A stretch of DNA of 27,435 bases, taken from a virus. Lineage: Duplodnaviria > Caudoviricetes. This document shows positions 18,286 to 25,728 of the stretch, in pieces. The translations under genes and the position numbers were made by a program. The notes beneath the pieces are model-generated. The model saw nothing but the letters and a program-made list of their open reading frames with translations. It had not been told where the DNA came from and did not search any database. The stretch spans positions 1 to 27,435 of the IMG/VR virus record IMGVR_UViG_3300016464_000475. The stretch is one strand, 5' to 3'. Within the stretch, counting starts at the first letter, position 1. Every line of letters starts with the position of its first letter.

Positions 18286-18739
18286 ATACACTAAAATTGT
18301 CTGCTTTGGCTATTTTAACTAAAGCCATAGCGCTGCGAATTTCTTCTATGTTATCATGCTGGATTAAGATATCTATATCATTACCAGTTGGATCATAGAA
18401 ACATTTGCGATAAATAGGTTGACCTTCAATAGAACATACAACATCGCTGTCACCTGCTACTTTAAGGTCTTTTTCAGAATTTTCAGGTGAAAATGGCTCA
18501 ACACTTTCTTTAATAGCAATGTGACCTGGAAGCTGTTGTCCCGGTTTCCAATCTAATTGTTTAAGTGTTTCAACATCAGCCTGAACAAGTGCGGATAATT
18601 CTTTAAGATTTACCCAGCCCTTCTTATTAATAACTAAACGCTTTTGTGATACACGAATGTATCCATACTCAGGATTATTCTTACTCAAAGAAATAACCGA
18701 GCCATCCTCATTAGAGGAAACTATAACTCTATAGCTCAT
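18284..18739 (-). CDS. hypothetical protein (beta-rich)
   Basis: 151 aa; NNPEYGYIRV...GQPIYR. Confidence 0.75.
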   Translation of the reverse strand: MSYRVIVSSNEDGSVISLSKNNPEYGYIRVSQKRLVINKKGWVNLKELSALVQADVETLKQLDWKPGQQLPGHIAIKESVEPFSPENSEKDLKVAGDSDVVCSIEGQPIYRKCFYDPTGNDIDILIQHDNIEEIRSAMALVKIAKADNFSV

Positions 18740-18752
18740 AAATAATTGGTTT

Positions 18753-19028
18753 TTAGTCTTCTAAAGTGTCGAAGTCTATAGCATCATCTGCTATATCAGG
18801 AAATTCATCAGGAAAGTACTCTTGATAGTATGTTTCAATTTCATTTTCCTCATCCACAAAATCTTCCTCATCATCTTGTTGTGTTTTTATAGAAGCACCA
18901 TGCCAAGGATTAGTTAAATGTTCACCAGCATTACAGGCGACGAGTTCTCTTATATCCCTATCAGTAAGATTAAGGATTTCATTAACGTCAAGCCATATTG
19001 TTTTCCCATTTGGGAGCTGGTAATACAT
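18753..19028 (-). CDS. acidic hypothetical protein
   Basis: MYYQLPNGK...; D/E-rich tail. Confidence 0.7.
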   Translation of the reverse strand: MYYQLPNGKTIWLDVNEILNLTDRDIRELVACNAGEHLTNPWHGASIKTQQDDEEDFVDEENEIETYYQEYFPDEFPDIADDAIDFDTLED

Positions 19029-19034
19029 ATATAT

Positions 19035-19042
19035 CAAAGGTA
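19035..19042 (-). promoter_or_regulatory. Bacteroidota sigma-A -7 element (TACCTTTG)
   Basis: TAnnTTTG just upstream of ATG 19028. Confidence 0.5.
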
Positions 19043-19098
19043 AAACTGCTTACTATAAAAAGCTTTAATATACAATAATTACTACAAAAAAATTGGCA

Positions 19099-19278
19099 TT
19101 ATATAGCTAAAGCAGCAATAGCTGCTATAATAGCAACTGTTGATATTGCTAATGCTAAAGTTACCTTATCATTTAACTTTTTGCTTTGTCTCATAAAATC
19201 ATCATTTTTAACATGCATCTCTTTCTTGAAACGCTCAAAGTTGCCCATAAACACAGGTCTTTTATCTTGCTCACTCAT
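19099..19278 (-). CDS. 59-aa protein with C-terminal TM helix
   Basis: Read by hand: MSEQDKRPVFMG...VTLALAISTVAIIAAIAALAI; below the ORF-track size cutoff. Confidence 0.6.
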   Translation of the reverse strand: MSEQDKRPVFMGNFERFKKEMHVKNDDFMRQSKKLNDKVTLALAISTVAIIAAIAALAI

Positions 19279-19280
19279 AC

Positions 19281-19625
19281 TTACTTGTTTAAAATACTAT
19301 TCCAAATTCTTCTAAATAAACTTAACTTTGGTACAACTAGTGTATTTTTAGGAGTTTTGCTCTTATAACCTACACTAACGATACCATCTTTAATTTGTTT
19401 ATCATAACGCTGACGCAGTTTAACAAACTCATCAAATCTTGTAGCGTGAATTTTTACCATTGCTTTCCAATTTCCTTGATCATCCTTATAGATAATCCCT
19501 GAATTCTTTAACGCAATTAGGTATCCACCACCTAATCCTTCTGCCTTCGCGGCATAACTTGGTTTTACACCATCATTCACGAGCTTGCATATATTAGCAA
19601 CACGCTCCTTTGTAACTTTTGCCAT
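19281..19625 (-). CDS. basic hypothetical protein (possible HTH)
   Basis: 114 aa, Lys-rich. Confidence 0.65.
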   Translation of the reverse strand: MAKVTKERVANICKLVNDGVKPSYAAKAEGLGGGYLIALKNSGIIYKDDQGNWKAMVKIHATRFDEFVKLRQRYDKQIKDGIVSVGYKSKTPKNTLVVPKLSLFRRIWNSILNK

Positions 19626-19714
19626 TTTATTGGTTTTTAATTGATACTTAACTATACCCTAACTGCAAAGTGGAAGTCGCCACAACTCCCACAATGCATT
19701 AGGTCTCTTCACCC

Positions 19715-20851
19715 TTAAATCAATATCATTTCAGGTGGACTAGCCAACTGATTAGATTTATAATTTTCTTTGAACCACTGTTGTACTTCAGGCTTCTTTA
19801 ACCATTCTTCCACATAGTCGTGATAACACTGGTCAACAGACTTGTTATGTTTACTATACATCTGGTTAATAATGAAGTTATCATCTGCCCAATTTTGGCT
19901 AATACCAACAGTAGCACGCACATCTCGATCAGTAAACTTCAATACAAAGTAAGTCTTGTTTTTAACTGAATCATTATAGTTAGTATATACACAGTGAGAC
20001 ATCATTCTACCTTCTATATATAACTCTTTGCTGTTAGTGATTAGTTCAAGATGACCATTATGTGGTAACTCGTTAACATAATCATAGTCAATAGATTCTA
20101 CAGACTCTTGCTCAATATCCATTATCTCTTTAGTCCAATCTTGGTGAACTTCTTTGACACGGTTACTTGACCACTTAAAGTCTATCTTACGCCCTAACAT
20201 TTGAGCCTGCTTAATTAAGTCTTGCATATCCCAATTTATAGTACCATTTGAAATTACATATTCAACAGCATGGTTGGGATCCTTGGCAACACTTAATGTA
20301 TCAGCAAGAGTTTGAATTCTATAACCTTGATTACCATTAAGATAGTTCCATACTAACTCAGTAGATATATTCATACCACGCATAGTTGGGTTAGTCTTAA
20401 TGATAGCCTTGATAAGGTCTCGCGGATTGGTAATCTTCCCTAAAAATACCTTGTTCATATTGGTATTAGTAGTACTATACATTAATCCAGTAGGCGAGTT
20501 AGTAAACCATTCAGTCTTAAAGTACTTACACATATCAGTAACTATAAGAGGACCAGTGGTAGCAGCCTGCTTGCCATACCACCACTTGAAAGTCTTCTTG
20601 ACTTTATCATAGGTACAACCAAAGGTAGAATCTCTTTTGAGATACAATCCTGTTTTATCATTCCATTTAGGACGGCAACTATTACTTGCCCAATACACGT
20701 GAGTATCAGACTCAGCTCGGGTATCTTCTTGCCAAACATATAAAGAACCTTTAAAGTAGTGAAACCTTTGCTTATCAATAGGTTGATTCTTAATGTTTAG
20801 GTATGTAGTTTTTTGAGTCGGAGTAAAATCCGTAATGTTTGTTACTTGCAT
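19715..20851 (-). CDS. PcfJ-domain protein
   Basis: ELYIEGRMMSHCVYTNY...RATV...Q.YSKHN. Confidence 0.8.
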   Translation of the reverse strand: MQVTNITDFTPTQKTTYLNIKNQPIDKQRFHYFKGSLYVWQEDTRAESDTHVYWASNSCRPKWNDKTGLYLKRDSTFGCTYDKVKKTFKWWYGKQAATTGPLIVTDMCKYFKTEWFTNSPTGLMYSTTNTNMNKVFLGKITNPRDLIKAIIKTNPTMRGMNISTELVWNYLNGNQGYRIQTLADTLSVAKDPNHAVEYVISNGTINWDMQDLIKQAQMLGRKIDFKWSSNRVKEVHQDWTKEIMDIEQESVESIDYDYVNELPHNGHLELITNSKELYIEGRMMSHCVYTNYNDSVKNKTYFVLKFTDRDVRATVGISQNWADDNFIINQMYSKHNKSVDQCYHDYVEEWLKKPEVQQWFKENYKSNQLASPPEMILI

Positions 20852-20874
20852 TTGAGTTGGTTTTTAATTGATAT

Positions 20875-20980
20875 AAAAAAGGGTTACCCCGCGTCACCGT
20901 TGTATTTAACAGTAAAAACTAAACTTAAACTTGAGGACCGTTGTCCTTCCCGATGAAAAAATGTTAGTGACGCGAGGTAA
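20875..20980 (-). other. long-range stem (14 bp) enclosing a 69-nt loop, followed by a U-tract; possible small RNA
   Basis: TTACCTCGCGTCAC pairs with GTGACGCGGGGTAA; inner AGGAC-AACG-GTCCT hairpin. Confidence 0.45.
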
Positions 20981-20984
20981 TATT

Positions 20985-21302
20985 TTATGCATTAGGGTCA
21001 AAGCCTGCAAACATATCACGAAGCATAGCAGTATTATCTACTAACTCTTCTTCTTCTTCATGAAGTCCACCTTTATATTCCTTATACACATTCAATGCTT
21101 CTTGAAACTTTTGCATTGCTTCTAAAAAAGTCTTTTGTGCTGCTATGTACTCATCTGTTGCTTGAGAAATAGCCTCTTGTGCAGCAAGATCACGGAACAA
21201 TTGTTCTTTTTCTTGCTCTTGTTCTTGGTAATGAAAAGATGCAGCAAGTTCTTGCTCATCCATCATACGCTGAAATTCGGGGGTATTCTTAATCTTACTC
21301 AT
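20985..21302 (-). CDS. acidic coiled-coil protein
   Basis: 105 aa, E/Q-rich. Confidence 0.7.
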   Translation of the reverse strand: MSKIKNTPEFQRMMDEQELAASFHYQEQEQEKEQLFRDLAAQEAISQATDEYIAAQKTFLEAMQKFQEALNVYKEYKGGLHEEEEELVDNTAMLRDMFAGFDPNA

Positions 21303-21487
21303 ACTCCTATAACAATGTTTATATGTTTTTGTAAATCTTCAAACATTAACTCGAGTTCAATTATACTCATATCATATATGATATCAAACTCCTCCGCAGT
21401 AATATTCCTACCAAATAGGAAATTAATGCCCTTGTTTATATCCTCTATAAGAGTAACTTTTGTCTTCAGTTCTATTTCTTTCGTCAT
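21299..21487 (-). CDS. hypothetical protein
   Basis: 62 aa from MTKEIELK. Confidence 0.5.
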   Translation of the reverse strand: MTKEIELKTKVTLIEDINKGINFLFGRNITAEEFDIIYDMSIIELELMFEDLQKHINIVIGV

Positions 21488-21602
21488 GCTTTTTGTGTTT
21501 ACTTTTACGATAATACTTTTTCTTGTTTCTTTGAACACTTGGGCGAGTTTGACCCCAGATATCCTGGATAGTCACCTCAATGGTAATTAACTTTCTTGAC
21601 AT
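21423..21602 (-). CDS. small basic protein (59 aa)
   Basis: Read by hand: MSRKLITIEVTIQDIWGQTRPSVQRNKKKYYRKSKHKK... Confidence 0.5.
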   Translation of the reverse strand: MSRKLITIEVTIQDIWGQTRPSVQRNKKKYYRKSKHKKHDERNRTEDKSYSYRGYKQGH

Positions 21603-21632
21603 ACGTTTATTAAATTTAACTTTTGTTTATGT

Positions 21633-21661
21633 AAAAAATAAAGCACAGGTTACCCTGCGCT
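21633..21661 (-). terminator. terminator after the DUF2828 gene
   Basis: AGCGCAGG-GTAA-CCTGTGCT then TTATTTTTT. Confidence 0.65.
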
Positions 21662-21686
21662 CTATCTTTTAATATATATAGGACAA

Positions 21687-23090
21687 TTAGTCCAAAGTGA
21701 TACAAGAGTATCTCTCTGCATTAATTGTCTTTAGCATTACTGCTAATGGACTCAATTCATCACCGCCTAATACAGACCTAATAATACTAGGACTGAACCC
21801 GCTAACAAGGGCAGTGTTTGGTGTGTTAGCTTTCACAGGTACATTCCCGAGGCGACCGTTAACATTCCAAAAGACAATACCTGGCATTTCATACCCTGCT
21901 TCAGCATACATAGCCTTGATTACATCAAAGTTAGTATGTCTACCGCAAGCTTCATCAAACTCCATGTCACTGATAATCAGTAACTTAGTAGGCATGTCTT
22001 CTTGTAATACTTTACCTACTTTCGCACGGTTTAGTAATACAGTAAATGTCTTGATTAGGTCAGTATTCATACCCCAATCCGCTTGACGCAAGTTAATTAA
22101 TCTTTCAGAAAGAGTATTACCTTGTATCATATGGAACTGTGGATTCTCACTAAACGTCAACACTAAATCCTTGAAAGGACCTTCATTGCGTTCAGAGATA
22201 TACAGGCCTAATCCTATAGATACATCCATAGGTGTGCCCGTCATACTACCTGATACATCACATACCGGCAAGATACGCTCCTTGCATCCTTCCATATAGT
22301 TAGGTAAAGACTTCCACATAGCATCATATGCTTGTATGTTATCATCTTCATCCCATCTAAACTCTGTGATCTTGCGAACAATATCACTTGGAAATAATAC
22401 CGAAGCATTCATCTTCTGCTTACCTTCCATAACATCACTGATATAAGAGGCGTATCTTACACCATCGTGCTTGTTAAAAGAGTTACTATATCTCTTACCT
22501 GCAATAGAAGGCACGGTACTATATGCAATGGTCTCCCATTCATTAGCACACATCTTCTGCTCCACGGTATTAGACATACTTGTAAGCATGCGTCGGAATG
22601 CACCCGCTGAGATATTAAGATACTTATGCATTGCCACAAACCATTCACCCTTGCGAGGGAACCATTTAGCCAATAGATTAGCATTCTCATTCTCTTTTAG
22701 TTGATGACTCAACCAATTAAGCGTATTATCACTTGGTCTCTCAATGATAAAGATATCCTTCCAATAACCAAACATCGGAATATGTATAGCAATTTGCTCA
22801 TACACATCCGGGAATGATAACAGAATACTTTTCATTATCACTTGAAAGAATCTCTTCTCACCTGCACCACCACGTGCATCACGTGCCCAAAAGAGAATCT
22901 TAACAGCAGTCAACTTATCTTCATGATAAGCACGACTAAATGCTAATAAGATATCTTGTTCAGACATACTACGGCTCGCACCTGCTATAAAGAACAGGTC
23001 AAGACAGTATTTACCTGCAGTACTATGTGTAACTGCGCCGTTAGCGGTAAAACTATCATTAGAAAACATTGCATTGGTAAAATTATCCAT
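21687..23090 (-). CDS. DUF2828 family protein (Ro60/TROVE-like helical domain + vWA)
   Basis: TANGA, LDLFF, RDARGGAGEK, GYWKD, AKWFPR, MIDAS DVSGSM, ISDMEFD, FWNV, SGFSP. Confidence 0.9.
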   Translation of the reverse strand: MDNFTNAMFSNDSFTANGAVTHSTAGKYCLDLFFIAGASRSMSEQDILLAFSRAYHEDKLTAVKILFWARDARGGAGEKRFFQVIMKSILLSFPDVYEQIAIHIPMFGYWKDIFIIERPSDNTLNWLSHQLKENENANLLAKWFPRKGEWFVAMHKYLNISAGAFRRMLTSMSNTVEQKMCANEWETIAYSTVPSIAGKRYSNSFNKHDGVRYASYISDVMEGKQKMNASVLFPSDIVRKITEFRWDEDDNIQAYDAMWKSLPNYMEGCKERILPVCDVSGSMTGTPMDVSIGLGLYISERNEGPFKDLVLTFSENPQFHMIQGNTLSERLINLRQADWGMNTDLIKTFTVLLNRAKVGKVLQEDMPTKLLIISDMEFDEACGRHTNFDVIKAMYAEAGYEMPGIVFWNVNGRLGNVPVKANTPNTALVSGFSPSIIRSVLGGDELSPLAVMLKTINAERYSCITLD

Positions 23091-23126
23091 TGCTTTAAAG
23101 GTTTTTGGTTAAACAATTTATGAGTC

Positions 23127-23513
23127 GGCAGGCCACAAGTATCGCTACTCGGCTTTGCACATATAACAGAATGAAGAGAGCCTTATAGTTAACTATTAGT
23201 GGCCTGCCTTCTCGTTTAGCATTGTGTTTTAAGTACAGTGCTGATTCATTCTTCAATGTGCGGGGTTATCTTATGTCAAACAGAATAGTTGTTTAACCTT
23301 ATAATTGTAGTTTTTATAGTGCTGAACTATACTTCAACTAACATAAGACATTTTATGTACTAAGTCTCTTGCTGATGCCTTGGTGATAGCCAAGGATTCT
23401 CTTACACAGATTGTCAAGACTATTTACCCTTGCGGGTTAGTACATAAAGGTTGTAAAGATACAGAATGCATTTTAACTTACCATAGTGTTAATATAGTGC
23501 TGTTAGCATTCTT
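23127..23513 (-). ncRNA. structured leader / array of repeated Y-RNA-like stem-loops
   Basis: Units at 23461-23513, 23280-23334 and 23166-23253 share GAAG(A/U)AU-stem-CAGCACURUA-loop-stem'-AUUCUGU with compensatory stem changes. A weaker unit (CAGCAA) lies at 23345-23381. Confidence 0.7.
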
Positions 23514-23517
23514 CCCT

Positions 23518-23733
23518 TTACAATTCTTGTTCATTGGCAAGACTATTTACATAATCTTCCATAAAGTTTGCGACAATACCGTCAATCCTACTAGCATTAT
23601 TAGTAGGGACATCAAGAATCAGAGACTCATAATAACTAATTATTTGAGCCACGCTGATTCCTGATAATACTTTACCATCAATCAAGTTAGTAAACTTCCT
23701 AATGGTTTGTGCAAGAGCGAGGTCCCTTTCCAT
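23518..23733 (-). CDS. hypothetical protein
   Basis: 71 aa ORF. Confidence 0.6.
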   Translation of the reverse strand: MERDLALAQTIRKFTNLIDGKVLSGISVAQIISYYESLILDVPTNNASRIDGIVANFMEDYVNSLANEQEL

Positions 23734-23734
23734 A

Positions 23735-24073
23735 TCAATCAGTTATTAAAGTGTATAAATATTCACGCTTATAGTCATCAAGATTATATCTTGCGGCCAA
23801 ATCAAATACAATACTGTCAATAACTTCCTGCTTTTGAGTGTGCTTTACAGCACTTCTACCTTCGAGATACGCAGTGTACATAACACTATCTGCATCTTGT
23901 AGGCAAGCAAAGTAACCTAATTCATATGAACTAACCTTTGCTTCTAAGATTGATTTATCACAAGGATATCCTGGTAATTGTGTTTCAAAAGTATAATAGT
24001 ACATCAGTGCTATTAAACTAACCCACACGCACGAGGCTACAATCGAACCTATAATAAAACCTTTCTTTTCCAT
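23735..24073 (-). CDS. membrane-anchored hypothetical protein
   Basis: N-terminal TM after MEKKG. Confidence 0.65.
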   Translation of the reverse strand: MEKKGFIIGSIVASCVWVSLIALMYYYTFETQLPGYPCDKSILEAKVSSYELGYFACLQDADSVMYTAYLEGRSAVKHTQKQEVIDSIVFDLAARYNLDDYKREYLYTLITD

Positions 24074-24152
24074 TTTATTGGGTATTAAGTTAAACATTTT
24101 AATGATATAGAACAGCACGGGGGAAAATCATCACAAACCCCCGGCTTCCTAC

Positions 24153-24341
24153 CTATTCCAACTCACCTGCTTCACAAAGGTTATCATCATATCTAAAGAC
24201 ACCTGTCTCTATATACGCTAATACTTCACCTTTGCAAGCGTACTCAATAACACTTGACTCAACTGTATGTATCGTATACAACCCGTCTACCTGCTCAACC
24301 TTCCCGGTGAGCAAGTAGATGAACAAGATTAACTTAGACAT
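24153..24341 (-). CDS. hypothetical protein
   Basis: 62 aa ORF. Confidence 0.6.
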   Translation of the reverse strand: MSKLILFIYLLTGKVEQVDGLYTIHTVESSVIEYACKGEVLAYIETGVFRYDDNLCEAGELE

Positions 24342-24576
24342 ACTCTTCTTGTTTGGTTAATATTCCAACTGCTATCCAAAATAAAACTTTACCTTGGGCT
24401 GATATCTTATCATACTTTAAATCAAATACCTTAGAGGCCAATGACTTATCGTGTTTAGATATACACACAACAAACTCGATAAAGGTATCTTCATCTAGTT
24501 GGTCCAATAAACTCGGGTTATTAATAGCCCGGTTACCCAACTCCTGGGCCTTGTCTTTTCCTACATACATACTCAA
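24334..24576 (-). CDS. hypothetical protein
   Basis: 80 aa ORF. Confidence 0.6.
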   Translation of the reverse strand: MSMYVGKDKAQELGNRAINNPSLLDQLDEDTFIEFVVCISKHDKSLASKVFDLKYDKISAQGKVLFWIAVGILTKQEEYV

Positions 24577-24602
24577 TAAGTATTAAAGGGTTAAACATTC
24601 AA

Positions 24603-24731
24603 TTGTACCACTCTGCATTCAGTTGTAATAGACATAAGTCCTTCTCTATGTTAATCCATCACCTATAAATAGGCATGAGAACTATTACAACTGCTCACCC
24701 TTGTGAAGTGAGTTATGATGCATTAATACAA
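24603..24731 (-). ncRNA. twister ribozyme (type P1, with long P5)
   Basis: P1 UUGUAU/GUACAA; UAA; P2 UGCA/UGCA; P4 CUCAC/GUGAG with loop UUCACAAGG; pseudoknots CAC/GUG and UC/GG; conserved GA; P5 is 12 bp. Confidence 0.8.
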
Positions 24732-24825
24732 AGGGACTGTGCTCGCAAGCAATCTTTGTCCCTTTAGCTATCTAGTGCGCGTCTATTGGCACTATAAATT
24801 TACAATACAACAAAGTGTAAGGAAA

Positions 24826-24869
24826 TGAGATGAGTGTGCTAGTCTATTACACTAACACACTCATACTCA
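24826..24869 (-). other. long hairpin downstream of ORF 24889-25287
   Basis: TGAG-ATGAGTGTG-C-TAGT...ACTA-A-CACACTCAT-A-CTCA; no clear U-tract. Confidence 0.5.
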
Positions 24870-24888
24870 ATCACTTAAGTACTAAAAC

Positions 24889-25287
24889 TTAAATGGTTCC
24901 TAGACCCTTTGACGCGGGTTCAGGTGTCCCTTGTGAGGTTGCACCCGCATTACGGCCTACAGCTACGCTAGCAGCAATCTGTGCAGCCAATGCTTGGCCA
25001 AGATTACCACCATACTGCTGTACCATAGCAGCTTGCTTATCCATAGTAGTGGTATCGGCATAGAATCCGTCACCATTATGGTTAGCAACTAGTGGGCAAG
25101 ACTCACCCACATATCTTGTACTGAAGAATAAAGGTTGTCCCTTCTCATCTTCCACAAGGAAACTTCCTTGTGCATCACGGTATTCATCCAATTGTGCGGC
25201 TGTGCCCTTCACATTGTAAACGAATACCAACTTGCCAGTTTGTTTCTTGCGATACTGGCGCGCGAAAGATAATGTCATTGTGCTCAT
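24889..25287 (-). CDS. hypothetical protein, paralog A
   Basis: 132 aa; aligns by eye with 25729-26139. Confidence 0.85.
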   Translation of the reverse strand: MSTMTLSFARQYRKKQTGKLVFVYNVKGTAAQLDEYRDAQGSFLVEDEKGQPLFFSTRYVGESCPLVANHNGDGFYADTTTMDKQAAMVQQYGGNLGQALAAQIAASVAVGRNAGATSQGTPEPASKGLGTI

Positions 25288-25354
25288 ACGGCTAAATGAT
25301 TGATTATAAATTGATTAGAGTTCACGCTTACCCGTGTTCACCATTACTCGGCAA

Positions 25355-25481
25355 ACACATCGAGCGCAGCGAAGATGTGTAGCATATAAAAAATTCGCGT
25401 AGCGAATAAAGCGAGCGAAGCGAGCGTAAAATAAATGCGGAGCGAAGCGGAGCATTAAAAGCGAAGCGCGAAGCGCGAGCG
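25355..25481 (+). repeat. cluster of five GC[GNA]GC mini-hairpins, most with GA/GGA mismatches
   Basis: acacatcGAgcGCAgcGAagatgtgt; attcgcGTAgcgaat; gcGAgcGAAgcGAgc; aatgcGGAgcGAAgcGGAgcatt; gcGAAgcgcGAAgcgcGAgc. Confidence 0.8.
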
Positions 25482-25686
25482 TTATTTAGGATTCCAAGCA
25501 CCTATATACGCTAAGTCATTGATAACCAGGGTGTACGTGTGTATGTGTCCCGGGTGAGGTATTATACTAGGAATCCAATAATCGTGACCCTTGCTTTACG
25601 TCTCCTGCTTCCTACATATATCTACTTACGTTTACCCAGGTGTACGTTATACGGTACAAGGGAATGTATATAAAAACTTGCGTAGC

Positions 25687-25716
25687 AAAAAAAAACCCAA
25701 CTCCGAAGAGTTGGGT
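25687..25716 (-). terminator. intrinsic terminator
   Basis: CCCAACTC-TTCG-GAGTTGGG then T9. Confidence 0.85.
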
Positions 25717-25728
25717 GTAACCGCGTAG

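Noticed and set aside
23368-23400. Hammerhead ribozyme at CTGATG + hairpin (+ strand)
   Set aside because: Core reads CUGAUGC, not CUGANGA, and no GAAA follows stem II
23166-23513. CRISPR mini-array interpretation of the repeats
   Set aside because: Repeats are split stems with covariation and irregular spacing rather than identical direct repeats; no cas genes in the window
25500-25660. CCAGG(G)TGTACGT occurring twice as iterons
   Set aside because: Only two imperfect copies; insufficient support
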